Shown in pieces: positions 21,831-40,739 of a DNA stretch of 64,000 nucleotides. The notes beneath the pieces are model-generated. The model ran no database searches and had not been told where the DNA came from. It saw nothing but the letters and a program-made list of their open reading frames with translations. Source of the stretch: the human T2T-CHM13v2.0 reference genome, Homo sapiens. How positions within the stretch are numbered: position 1 is the first letter of the stretch; each line of letters starts with the position of its first letter. The stretch lies in assembly GCF_009914755.1 (NCBI RefSeq), contig NC_060936.1; one strand, written 5' to 3'. The translations under genes were made by a program, and so were the position numbers.

Positions 21831-23831
21831 AACAAATCCCACAAAGGCCTCTTGGAGTCCTTTTGGAACTTTACGGGGGTTAGGGGGGCGCATTAACCAA
21901 ATAAATAGGTCAACCAGAAAAGGTTTGCCATAAAGAAGAAACGGGGTGATGTGAAGGTGATTCGGGCGGGAGGTGAGTGTGAAGGGATTGTCGAGGAAGC
22001 CTCCCGGAGAAGGTGATATTTCAGCTGAGACCCAAATAGAAAGGAGCCAGCCGTGGGGAAGATCTGGGGAGAGGGTCCTTGTTGGAGGGAACAGGAGGAG
22101 CCCAGACAGAGCCAGAAATGGGAAGGAGCTGGATGTCATCTGCTTGAGGAGAGGGATTTTTGTGTTTTGGTCACTGATGCTTAATGCTGTACATACCATT
22201 GTGTGTAAGGACTTAAGAACTCAGTCATTGTTTGTCGAGTGGAAGCTGTCTCCCCAACAAGTAATAATAAACATTTGTTTGTCCATTTACTTGTTTATTG
22301 TTTGTCTCCACCAAGGACTGTCAACCTCTGAGAGTAAGTACCTTAACGCAGTCCTTGGCAGTCATTGGCATCGATAGGCATTTGTTGAATGAACAGACAA
22401 GCTTTTCTTGACTGCCCGCTATGTTCAGGCACTGTTTTTGGTGCTGGAGACTCGGTGGTGAGCAAGGCAGACACAGTCCCTGTGTTCCTGGAGCTTCCAG
22501 TGTGGGAGGAGACAGATTAAACACACTCTGATTATGAGCTGTGATAAGTGCTAAGAAGGCAAAGAACAGGGTGTGGAAGGGAGACCGTGAAGCAAGTACT
22601 TACTGACTGAATTGAAATCCACTCAGGCGAACATTTTATTTCCTGGCCACCACTTTCATCTCCTGACTGTTTCCCTTAATCTTCCTAAGGTGTCCTTAAT
22701 TTCAAAAGGGATCAGCCCTACCCGAGATCTGATATCCATTGATATCAGATATCTAATACCAGATCAGCCCCATAAGGCAGTTGCAAAGTCATGGAGAGAC
22801 TCCTGAGTGACAGGCGAGGGTGCAGGTAAGATGCAGGGCGGTTCCTGGTTCCTGGAGCCACTTCTGCAGTTGTACCCATTCACCTGATGGATGCTGCGCT
22901 GAGCTGTGAATAGCACCCAAAACATTCAGGCAACAGCTGCAGGTGCAGCAGGCTCCTACATTTGTAACAGGTAGATGTTTTCCTTCCGGTTAGTACTCAA
23001 GCCAAGACACTTATCACACTTCAGTCTTACAGGTTTGAGCAAACGTACTAATCACTATGAAGGTTCCAGTTTCAATAAGCGCCACTACCTCCAGTCATAG
23101 AGTGTACCTGGGATCCTTTTCAACTGAATGTCAGTGAAAGGAGAAGAAAGTGCTGTTCATCTTTTTCCAGAAGGAAGTAAAACTAAGGTTGCTGCGATGA
23201 GCTCTTGTGTGGTGCTAGGTTTTCAGTGTGTCTTCAGCCTGAGTTTCCTACTGACTTTGTGGTGACCAGATGGGATCACTGTTAGTAACCCTTGCAAGGG
23301 AAAGGGGGGCAGGTGGTGACTTCCGTGGTGACAGCTAGTGGGAAGTACCTGGAAAAGAAAGGTCATTCAGCTGATGGGGAGGACTCCCTGAAGGGAAAGT
23401 TCGCACTTTTGTTACAGTTCTCAGTCTAAGAACAGGTTTCCTCTTTAGTCCTTCAGCTGAAGTGGGAGTATCAATGGCTGTGAATATCAAAACAAACAGC
23501 ACCAGATCTCCTCTGCCGGTTTTACTAGGTTAAATGTGCCTTGAATTGAATCTACATTAAAATGTACCTTATTCCATTAGCCTTGAATTAGGGTGCTGCC
23601 CTAAAAGGGAAAAAAAACCCAAAATTTATAAAAGAAACCACACAATAGAAAAAAAAAGTTAATATGTCTGGGCACGGTGGTTCACGTCTGTAATCCCAGC
23701 ACTTTCGGAGGCCAAGGCGGGCAGATCACAAGGCCAAGAGTTCGAGACCATCCTGGCCAACATGGTGAAACCCTGTCTCTACTAAAAATACAAAAATTAG
23801 CTGGGCATGGCGGGGTGTGCCTGTAGTCCTA

Positions 23832-24089
<258 letters not shown>

Positions 24090-24874
24090 CTATTTGATAT
24101 TGAAGGAAGAAAATGAAAGCTGAGAAGTAGTATCCTGTGACAGCTTTAGACACAGAACTTCCTTTCCAACAAGTTCCATAGAACTAGATTGTGTCTGAAT
24201 CATTAGTAACTTGGAAGTGGTTACTTTTAGTTCGACCTCCAGAAATGAATGAGAAGGTGACAAACAGAAGTGAAATGAGAATTTTTACCTTTTTTCTGGT
24301 TCTTTTAAAAAAAAAGTCCCCAAAAAATGAACAAGAACTGAGTCAGACACTGAGTAGACACTTACCAGGTTGAGCAGTTTCATGTCAAGTTGTATCTTAA
24401 CTGTTTCTTGAGAGTGCCCAGTACAAATCCTGGATGGAATAAAGATAAATTTCGTGTCTTAAATGGCTTTCAACATGAATGATATACTGTAAATTGTTGA
24501 AGTATGAAAGTGATAGATGACCATTGTGAGAAATGTGGAAAACATAAGAATAGTAACATACCTTGCATGATCCCAACGCCTAGAAATTAACTTTAACTTT
24601 TTGGCTAATACTGGACAATCAGCATTTCTCTAATAATGTTTAAAAATGTCCATATATATGTATTTTTATATAATTTGAACCACACTGAAAACATCCTAAT
24701 CTGCTTTACACAGAAATCATGACTAACTTCCTAATTTTATTAAATATTCTTTTACAACTTTTTAAAATTGTTTTAAACTTTATATTATAAGTAGAGGGAA
24801 GAGTACAGTGTACCCCCATGTACCCATAAATGTAAACTTAGTTTTTTCTCACTTCCCAGACTAGATCATTTTGA

Positions 24875-25239
<365 letters not shown>

Positions 25240-25309
25240 TAAAAAATTATTACCAACATTGTACCTGAAAATTTAAATAACATTTCTTAATATAATCAAA
25301 TACCTGGTC

Positions 25310-26285
<976 letters not shown>

Positions 26286-26287
26286 AA

Positions 26288-26608
<321 letters not shown>

Positions 26609-26743
26609 TAATTTCTTTAACTACGCTACTGTAATTTCTTGAACTAGTTTTCTATTGTTGGATTTTTGGGTTATCATTTTTTCTTTTTCCCTGAGATTGA
26701 TGTTGTCATAGATTTTCATCTGTTTCCATAGCTTTTTCCTTAG

Positions 26744-26974
<231 letters not shown>

Positions 26975-26977
26975 TAG

Positions 26978-27328
<351 letters not shown>

Positions 27329-27452
27329 TGACAAATTGCTCTCAAGAAAAGTTGTGTCAGTTTATAGTTTCATTCAATAGTATACAAGAGTGTACATCCC
27401 CCAAACTTTGGTGATGTTTTATTTTTTACATAAAAGTATTTTTAAATTTTAG

Positions 27453-27578
<126 letters not shown>

Positions 27579-28208
27579 TGATTTAACAACTTAAATAATT
27601 ACCTTTATATAGGCAAACCTTGTTCGGTTTAAAAATATTGGAAAATATAGACAAGCAGAAAGGAAAAAAAGAAATTGTATTCTCATTCAGAAGTAATCAC
27701 AGTTATGTAGGCATGTATTATTTTTCTGTATTTTTTTATTCATCTATAAAAGTAAAAATTTACAAACATAATGGCCTGGTTATTTTGTTGTTACCCTTGT
27801 TTTTTACTTAACAGTGCTTACTATAACATCTTTTCGTGTCAGTAGACATAGATATTTACCCATCATCGTTTTTGATGGCAGCATACTATTTGATTGTATT
27901 AATATTAATGTGCTGTGGCTTATTTAACCGATCCCTTGTAGTTTATTATAACTTAAAAACATTGTACTTGTTAATAAGTTACTTAATTTAAAATTTTTTC
28001 AAGGAACAAGGGAGGCGGGAAATGGAAGATAGAGTGATTGACAATAATTTCCTTTTTCTCAGGGCTTCCTTTGCCAGTGTGTTAGATCAGTGCTGATTGT
28101 TAACCATTTCAACTAAGCAGCCCAGGGCCACTTCTTTTATCTCTAAAATCTTTACCATCTTAGTCTGGTACTAGTCATTATCAAATCAAGCCTTGACATT
28201 CTCACTGA

Positions 28209-28938
<730 letters not shown>

Positions 28939-29201
28939 CTCCTGACCTCAGGTGATCCACTGGCTTCGGCCTCCCAAAGGTCTGGGATTACAGATGTGAG
29001 CCACCACACCCGGCCTATTTTTTTTAAATTGGGGATTTTTAAGTGTAACAGGAAATTTTAGTCATTTGAAATCTAGTCCTATTCATATTGCTTGAGGTCC
29101 TAGTTATTTGTGTGGTTCATGTACGTTAGTGGCACCATATTCCTGTCTTTGCAACCTGGGTGAGTCATTGGATAGATGGTGTATTCAGAATAAGGTTTTT
29201 A

Positions 29202-29447
<246 letters not shown>

Positions 29448-30052
29448 TCAGGAGGCTGAGGTGGGAGAATTGCTTGAGCCCAGGAGTTTGAGGTTATTGT
29501 GGGCCAGGATGACACACCACTGTACTCCAGCCTGGGCAGCAGGGTATGACCCCATAAGAATGCAGACTTAAAACAGTGAAAAAGGACCTCTCAAGGAAAT
29601 TTAGGTGTACGCCAGGCATGGTGGTGCACATACCTATAGTCTCAGTTACTCTGAAGGTAGAGGCAGGAGGCTTTCTTGAGCCCAGGAGTTCAAGGCTAGC
29701 GTGGGCAACATAGTGAGACCCCTGTCTCTTAAAAAAAAAAAGAATAAATTGAAGTATAAATTGGTTAAAACAATTTGCGTTCATTTCTAGAAACCTCTTA
29801 GACCCAGTGCTTCCTTTGCTATCTTGGTAAGACAGTTTCTTTTCTTTTTCTTTTTGTTTTTCCTCCTTACTTCTTTACCTGCCTCTCTCCCTCTGTAAAC
29901 CAGTTAGTAACACTTCTAAATATTAGGCCTGATAATGACTAACAGATATTGTGACTTTTAGCCTAAGGAAAGGGATGCTTCATGGAATCGAAAACATAAA
30001 CCAAATAAAGTAGTTAGTTTTGGCTGGTGTACTATTAGTTTCATGAATCTAG

Positions 30053-30577
30053 GTGTTTTGTTTTGTTTTGTTTTGTTTTGTTTTGTTTTAATGACTGAAA
30101 CAAAAAACATCTAAAACCACAGCTTCTGGAAGAACCACTTGTTCTTGCCAGTCTTGTTCCACTCTTTGAACTTGATCTTGGCCTCCCACTGGGCCTTGCA
30201 TTTAAGAGCAGGGTCTCTGAAAACCTGGTGGTTTTGTCTAAGGGGATGGTCACAGGGTACTCTGTGGGCATGAGGTCATTATAGTTATAAACCTTCACAA
30301 AAGACTTGACCTTTGACCTCTTGGCAATCTTCTTGCCCATGGCAGCTGTCACTGTGGGAATAATGGTCTTTTTTAGCCACCAGAGGGTGGCTGCAGGTGT
30401 GGTCTGAGGTGCCATCATCAGTTTTCTTCATGAGGATTGGCTTTGTGTCCAGAGTAGTGTCCGGCCACGACTGGCACCATTTTCCCAGGTTTCATGAACT
30501 TGCCCATTTCTAGGGCCGCCCTGACACTTGCCCCCCAGGCTGCCGAGGGCAGCAATTGCAAGACCCAGCCAGGCTTC
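30053..30577 (-). pseudogene. RPL27 processed pseudogene in ATP6V0A2 intron 2 (antisense)
   Basis: Minus strand reads ATG(30507) MGKFMKPGK ... [25 protein letters not shown] ... [17 protein letters not shown](30113-30111); intronless and frameshifted; ATTAAA plus (CAAAA)n tail remnant; TSD tgaatctag at 30044-30052 and 30578-30586. Confidence 0.93.
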
Positions 30578-31178
30578 TGAATCTAGTTTTTAACTTCAGT
30601 GGTGAAACAGTGCAGGTTGTCCTCAGCCACAGCCTCAGGGCTGACTGGGAGCTGCAAGAGAGCCTGGCTCTTGGTGCTGGGTGGGTTTCCTGGTAGTGGT
30701 TGTGATTTTCTTGTTGGACTGATGGATGCCCTTTTCTTTCTGAGGGCATCTGCAAGAAATCATGTTGCCAGCTCCCATAGGGGCTATTGTAGGTCTATCA
30801 CTTGGGTAATTCCTGCACTTCCAAGTGCGCCCCTAACCTCTGCTTCATTCTGCCCCTGTAGATGGCTGCGACTCAAAAGTTCTTTCACTAGAATATTAGA
30901 AATGAAAAAAATGGGTGGAATTTCAGAAAAGGTTTATCCAGGTTGTTGTTCATTCTATTTATTTATTTTTTAAGTCACTAAGAAATAGAAGAGGTTGTTG
31001 TTTATTTTGTCACTGCATGCAGATCTCTCTAGGCAGCATTATTTTTGGAAACAAGGTTGCAAAAAGTGACCAGTAAGTCAGTTGGGACAAGCAAGATTTT
31101 TGTGCATTTAGACATTGATTTTTAGATGGCTTGGGAAACATTGGGCTTTAAAATGTTTCTGACTGAAATGTATTATAG

Positions 31179-31328
<150 letters not shown>

Positions 31329-32375
31329 TGACGAAGCTGGTTGCAGCCATTGATCTTGGGGGCTGCTTACTTACTTATTTCATGTTGTCTAATGCTTTTC
31401 TGCCTTTCTTCTCAAAACCATGGAAGATGGTGATCTCTCTAGGCAGAGAGATTAAAGACCGCTATTATGATTAACCCTCAGTAATAGATTATCTGTGTTA
31501 AATTTTAACAGTAATTCAGTTTTCTTTTATAGCGTAAGGCATATGCTTCCTTTCCAGGTGGTGGTGAACAGAGGCAACAAGAATCAGGCCATCAAGCCTG
31601 ATTGATGGATCAGAACAGTTCATGATCCTGTACTGTTTCAGAAAGCTCATCCCAGGGTCACCCATGCCTTAGCTGCCTCTTCTTGTGCAAGGAATTGAGG
31701 CTTCGGTGGTGTGCCTTCACAGTCCTCCCACATTTACCCTGGCCCTTCCCCTCTAAATTTTGGAAGCTGGTATGCAGTCCATGGGTTGTCTCGGGTGGGC
31801 AGCAAGCAGCGTTCTGTCACCCTGAGTTCCCTGGCTGGTGTGCTGGGGATACATGTGTCCCCGGTGAGAACACTCACCTGTGCTGCTTGTTAGCATCCTC
31901 GGTGAATTCGTTCCTCACCCTGTGAAGTAGGCTGGAGCTCTTGATAACTCTTCTAAAACAATTATCGTTGTGTAACTGAAGCCATTCAGTTGCGGGCTCC
32001 TCTGTTTGTTTATTCGGGAGGAAGTCTTTCATTACTTGGTGCAGGAGACTCCAGAGAGAACTCTCCAACCAGATGAGTAACAGCAGTCATCTGGATTGGC
32101 CTGTTCGATGGGTCGCTTGTGATGTAATTACAAACATAGTGATGACTGTGTACAGTGCTTGTAAGGCAAAGCAGAAGTAATGAATATAGTATATTAAGTG
32201 ATTTGTTTGAATACAAGTTTTCATTGACTCAATGATTTGCTTTACGGATTTTTGCTTCTGTTATTTTAATACTTAAGTATTTTTAAGGATGTTTAGTATG
32301 TAACTAATTATTAAAGATTCTCATGAATTTTTTTTTTTTTTTTGAGACAGAGTCTTGCTCTGTCGCCCAGGCTAG

Positions 32376-32608
<233 letters not shown>

Positions 32609-33285
32609 TGAGCCACCACGCCTGGCCGATTGTCATGAATTTTTATCCTCAATTAATTGTGTAAATGTGAGTGCATAGTAACTCATATGCTAGAGACTAG
32701 GAAAATAAGTTAGAAAAGATTATCTAAATATATTCTGTGTTGCAAAAAAAGGAAATGTAGACTTAAAGAGGAAGAGTCTTTGATGTGTGATATGAATAAG
32801 CAGACAAAGGAAATCCGAGAAATGACAGCACCTGTGGTTAGAGACGAGGGCCAGTCTTGGGGGTCTCACGCTCATCACAGCCTTCGGAATGTTTTAGCTA
32901 ATATGTGGTGTGAACTTCACAGAAATTACCTGAATTAATATGAAACAATAAATGAGCCTATTTATTTATTTACTTTGAGAAGGAGTCTTGCTCTGTCACC
33001 CAAGCTGGAGTGCAGTGACACGATCTTGGCTCACTGCAACCTCCATCTCCTGGGTTCACGTGATTCTTCTGCCTCAGCCTCCTGAGTAGCTGGGATTACA
33101 GGCACATGCCACCATGCCCAGCTAATTTTTTTGTATTCTTAGTAGAGACAGGGAGGCCGAGGCGGGTGGATTACCTGAGGTCAAGAGTTCAAGACCAGCC
33201 TGGCCAACATGGTGAAACCTCGTCTCTACTAACAATACAAAAAAAATTAGCTGGGCGTGGTGATGCGCACCTGTAGTCCCAGCTA

Positions 33286-33674
<389 letters not shown>

Positions 33675-33822
33675 TGAGGAAATACAGCTGTTTTTATAAA
33701 CAGCTTTTTATAAAAATCTCATTCCCATAGGCTGTGTATTTTGCTATTAGTTCATATAGATATGTTGCTTCTTTTAAGAGATTAAATTTATTTATTTATT
33801 TAATTTTATATTTTGTTTTTGA

Positions 33823-33981
<159 letters not shown>

Positions 33982-34382
33982 TAGTAGAGATGGGGTTTCA
34001 CCATGTTGGCCAGGCTGGTATCAAACTCCAGACCCAGTTGATCCACCTTCCTCGGCCTTCCAAAGTGCTGGGATTACAGGAGTGAGCTACCGCGCCCAGA
34101 TTTAAGAGATTAAATTTAAACCTTGGTTTTATTTTTCAGTTGGATTATATGACTTTAAATAAAGTTTTAAGAGCCATTTCCTGTGTTGGTTGTTTTCAGC
34201 AATTACAATACTAAATATTTATAAGATGGTTTAGTTTTTGGTTGAAAAAAATTTTTATGAGCATGAGAAAAAAATTGAATGAAGGATGTTGAACTCTAAA
34301 ATTTACTTTTTCCAAATTGCTAAGTAAAGGAAGTAAAAGAATAATCTATAATTTCTAAGACTAGGTCAGACACAGTGGCTTA

Positions 34383-34727
<345 letters not shown>

Positions 34728-35063
34728 CTAAGTATAGAAGAGACAAGTGCATCTGTTCCAAACTTAGTTTCACTTGATATGATAGTGACCTTTGATAAAG
34801 TTACTCTATCTTGGATGAAGGCAATGAACTAAATTATAACTGTCTTTTATGTAAATGTCTTCAATTGGTTTACAAATAAAGGATGGGGAAGTTATCTTTT
34901 CATTTATGAGGATTGAGTTATAAATCTAAGTTACCTCAGAAGTCTTTGCACCCAGATCTAAGTAGTTAGTTAGGATGCCCTATAAACTTGTTTGAAAATT
35001 TGACATGAGAAATAAAGTGTCACTTTTAATGAGACACACTTGGTTTCATATGTTTATTTCTAG

Positions 35064-35153
<90 letters not shown>

Positions 35154-36600
35154 TAGGTGACAAGGCCTGGGGTGTCAGGCTTCATACTGCCCTTCTTGTA
35201 AAAGGCAGATGAGCTCCATAGAAGGGATGAATGGAGACCATTTTAAAGCCTAGGGTTGAATGAAACATAGTGAATATTTGTTTAAGAAACACTGTATTCC
35301 TGTACTTGTTGAGCTGAATTACTCAGCTGTATTGACTTTTTTACTCAACACAATGGAAATTTCTTTTGGTATAATGAGCTAGAAAGAAACAACATTTACG
35401 TGATTCAGTGTTACTTCTATAAGCCTAAAACAATTGGTCATTCAGGCATCAAATCCTGTCTAGTAGAAACTTGGTGGCTAAACCGAGTTGGTTAGTTTTT
35501 TTATTAATCATATTTTAAAGATCTCCTGCTGCTGTTTATTCTTGCTGCCTACTGAAACTAGTGGTAATTTGTTTCCTCGTGCGATTTGTGATTTTTAAAA
35601 TTATTATGAACTCATATTTCACAGTTCCTGATCTGAAGGAATTCAGTGATATTTAGTTTGAGGATGTTTTCCTCCAGAGAGAATTTGTTTTGACATTTGT
35701 CAGGTACCTGGGAGTGCTCTGTCAACCTGGAATCATTTATATTTTTCTCAGCATTGAGATTTTTTTGTTGATTTGTTTTTTGACTGTGCCAGGAATGTGA
35801 ATTTAAGCCTCAAACCTGAGTGAATTTTAACCTGTGGTTATAAATTCTTAGGGAAGACTTCTCCCTCCATCTAGAACCAAAATGGAAATAAACAAGTTTA
35901 CATGCAGGCTCCAGGCTCCTTTGCAAGGTAGATTTTTTTTCTGGTCCATCCCTTCACTGAGGGTGTAGCTCTTTGTGCATGGAGCAGTCCCAGCTGGAGA
36001 GGTGAGTCAGTTGTATCTGCTCACCTTATCTAGACCCAGTGCCTGGCTCCTGCATCCCATGCTGGCCTTAAACTCAAGTTCTTAAGATACGGGGTTCAGT
36101 GTAATAATCAGGACAGCTGTGAGGTCCTGTTTTCCCTTTGGATTCCAAGAATTTCTCTCTTTTTTTTTTTTGAGGCAGAGTCTTGTTCTGTCGCCCAGGC
36201 TAGAGTGCAGTGGCCCTCTAGCAACCTCCGCCTCCCAGGTTCAAGCGATTCTCCTGCCTCAGCCTCCCGAGTAGCTGGGATTATGGGTGCCTGCCACCAT
36301 GCCTGGCTAATTTTTGTATTTTTAGTAGAGACAGGGTTTCAGCATCTTGGACAGGCTGGTTTTGAACTCCTGACCTTGTGATCCACCCGCCTCGGCCTCC
36401 CAAAGTGCTGGGATTACAGGCATGAGCCACTGTGCCCAGCCAAGAATTTCTCTTTATTACAAGCTCATCTCTACCTTTAAAAAGAAGTTTCAAAAATATT
36501 CTGACCAGCACCTGAGATGTTTTGCAGTTGGAGGGCTCTCAGGATGTCTTCACCACTTGGTAGAAATGAAGTCTTCATCATTCTTAATGTAGTTTGATAA

Positions 36601-36813
<213 letters not shown>

Positions 36814-36814
36814 T

Positions 36815-38340
36815 AACAGCAGAGTTGGAGATATGGTAGAAAGAATGTTTTTCTCCTGAACCATTTGATAATAAGTTGTTAACCTGATGCCTTATCTCTT
36901 CAACCACGTGTAGTGTGTATAGTTCCTGAAATCAGGGACATTGTCTTATATTGCCATCACATGACCATCAGTCAGGAAATGAATGTAGATACATTACTAT
37001 GTCCTGAGCCTTGAATCTCATTCAGGTTTCACCAGTTGTCCTAGTATGGTCAAAGCAAAGAATGTAATTTAGCATTGCGTGTTGGATTTAGTTGTCATGT
37101 CTCTCTCTTTTTTTAAACTTTCTTTTTTTCTTAAGGAGATGGGGTCTTGCTGTGTTGCCCAGGCTGGTCTCAAACTCCTGGCCTCAAGCGATCCTCCCAC
37201 GTAGGCCTCTCAAAGCCTCCCAAAGTGTTGGGATTACAGGTGTGAGCCTCCTCACCTGGCTTTTTTTTTTTTTTTTTTTAACTTTTTATTTTTGGTAGAG
37301 ATGGGGATCTTAACTATGCTGCCCAGACTGGTCTTGAGCCATCCTCCTGCCTTGGCCTCCCAAAGTGTTGGGGTTACAGGCATGAGCCACTGTGCCAGGC
37401 CTGTCCTGTCTCTCTGATCTCCATTCTGGGACAGTTTCTCAGACTTCCCTTGGCTTTTGTGACCTTGACATTTTAAAATACTGCAAGTTTTTTTGGTAGC
37501 GTGTCTCTGGGTTTGGGTTTCTCAGGTATCTTCTCATGAGTTGACTCAGGTCACGTGTCTCTGGCAGGAGCGTTGCTGAAGTGAGGCTGCATTCTTCTCA
37601 TTGCACCGTCAGGTGCCACATGTTTCTGTTTGCTCCATTACTGGTCGTGGTCCCTCTGATCACTTGATTAGTTCCATTACTGGTCATGGTCCCTCTGATC
37701 ACTTGATTAGTTCCATTACTGGTCGTGGTCACTCTGATCACTTGATTAGTTCCATTACTGGTCGTGGTCGCTCTGATCACTTGATTAGTTCCATTACTGG
37801 TCGTGGTCCCTCTGATCACTTGATTAGTTCCATTACTGGTCGTGGTCCCTCTGATCACTTGATTAGTTCCATTACTGGTCGTGGTCCCTCTGATCACTTG
37901 ATTAGTTCCATTACTGGTCGTGGTCCCTCTGATCACTTGATTAGTTCCATTACTGGTCGTGGTCACTCTGATCACTTGATTAAGGCACTTCTCTTTAGAC
38001 TTCGCTGTGAAGTTACTCTTTTTTTTGTGTTTGAAACTGTAAATATCCTATTCTTCATCAGGTTTTCAGCTTCCTCATTTATTTCCTATTTTATTTGATG
38101 GGTTCCTGTTCCTTTAATTATTTATTTTGATATTCACATTCTCCTAGATTTGGCCAGTTGGAATCCATTCAGGCTGGCTTTTATATCCATTTTACATGTT
38201 CCCATCACTTTTTGAGCACTTGTTTGTACAACAGGATGTCCAGATGCATGTTGCAATTCCTCTCACACGGCTCTGGAATCAACTGTTTCTTCAAGGAGGC
38301 TGTTTTTTTTTTTTTTTTTTTTTTTTTGAGTGCAAATCTT
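36815..38340 (-). mobile_element. Old L1 (L1MC/MD-like) 3'UTR hosting Alu fragments and the 39-bp VNTR
   Basis: cctgaaccattt..aagttg, gatcacttgattaagg and gatttggccagt..gaatccattcaggctggct motifs. Confidence 0.6.
37634..37984. repeat. 39-bp minisatellite, 9 near-perfect copies (tccattactggtcgtggtccctctgatcacttgattagt)
   Basis: Units start every 39 bp from 37634 to 37946; 13-aa periodicity in the ORF track. Confidence 0.97.
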
Positions 38341-38806
38341 GGTATTTTGAAGCCAAGATGTGGCTTCTGGGTGTGCACATTGTTACTGAGGGGTTGCTTT
38401 TCCTTGGCTGTGTCAGAGTAGCTTGGGGACACACACAAAAGCACATGCACATATACATTTACAGCTGTGGGCCAGTTACTCTCCCCCAACCCCATCCATC
38501 CCCATGTACATACCTAACAGCTGTGGGGCCGAATGGTTCAGAAGGGAGGGTGGAGGCAGCGGGGAGAGACAGAGTCATAATCACCCTTAGGATATCTGTT
38601 TTTTAAACTTCAAAGTAAAAATAACTGTTGTTTTAAATGAGGATGAACTGCTGATCTACTAAAGGTGGAAAAGGAACTTGGTTTTCTTAATTTTGAGGAA
38701 AGGTTGTTTTTTTTCTAGGTTGGCCTCAGGAATTTTGGCTGTAAGATTAATATACATCTCATAGTAGTTTTGACGCATAAAGAGAAATTTGGCTGTGATT
38801 GATTGA

Positions 38807-39445
<639 letters not shown>

Positions 39446-39753
39446 TGATTTGTTTTTGGTTTTCTGAAATAAAAATCTAATCCGTTTGAAATCTAATCAG
39501 TTAAGCCCTTCATTAACCACTCACTTGTAATATTTTCTACTTTTTTGTGGCTTTTGTAACTGCCAGTGACCATCGTTAATTATCCTTCAGTTGTGACCTT
39601 GATGACTTTTCTATTTCAAGCTGATGATTAAAACTAAGATCAAAACTGTTCTGAAGTAGCATTTACATATTTTTTGAGTTTTTTCTTTATTAAGAGAAAA
39701 TATCAGTAATTCTCATGCGAGCATTTACTCAAGTTAAAATTGTTTTTTAATAG

Positions 39754-39909
<156 letters not shown>

Positions 39910-40739
39910 TAGGCTGGCCTTGAACTCCTGACCTCAAGCGATTGCCTGCCTTGGTCTCTCAAAGTGCTGGGATTATAGGCATGAGCCACCATGCCTGGCC
40001 TCTTATGCCAAATTTTTATGGAATATGTTAAAGGGCAGTAAACATCTGTGAAGGAATACAGAGAATGGATAGATGTATATCTTGAAAATACAATCCCTGT
40101 CCCCACGGTTATAAAGAAAATGCATGTCCATTATAGAAAATTGGGAACAATGTAGAAAACAAGAAGAAAAAGAAGTCCCTCGCAGTCTCCTATTCTGAGC
40201 CACTGTTTACATGCCAAGTGTGTTCTCTCAGTCTTTCTCTGGGTAAGATAGGGGTATTTTATCTGGTAACTTTTACTCAGGTTCTAGGATTTGTTTATAG
40301 TGTCAGGTTTACTGTCTTTTGGGTTCAATGTCTGACCCTCTTGAAGTTATTACAGACCTTAGAGACTATTTTTAGCCATTTTCCCCCATTGGTGTTTCTA
40401 AGTGCTGACCATTCTCTCTGCATCAAAGCTAGACATGGGCGCTTTCTTCGGTTGTATAGATTGTGTTTTTCTGTTGTGTGTGGCATTTCTTCTGCCTTGT
40501 GCCTTAAGTGGTTGTGTTCCTTGACACACTACTATGTTGCCCAGGCTGGTCTTGAACTCCTGGGCTCAAACGATCCTCCTGCCTCTGCCCAGCAAAGTGT
40601 TGGGATTACAGGCCTGGGCTCAAACGATCCTCCTGCCTTGGCCCCCTGAAGTGTTGGGATTACCATTCCCAGCCTCTTTTTCCTGGTTCTAACTCTTTTC
40701 TGACAGTGTGAAGTCAGCTTCCATTATCCTCAGTGTGTC

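Noticed and set aside
30041-30418. 125-aa minus-strand ORF with RPL27-like middle section
   Set aside because: Frameshifted fragment of the processed pseudogene; lacks the true N- and C-termini in frame
37598-38098. Repeat-protein ORFs (SSITGRGPSDHLI)n and (TTTSNGTNQVIRG)n; superficial CRISPR resemblance
   Set aside because: Artefact of a 39-bp unit divisible by three; no unique spacers, no cas genes, human intron
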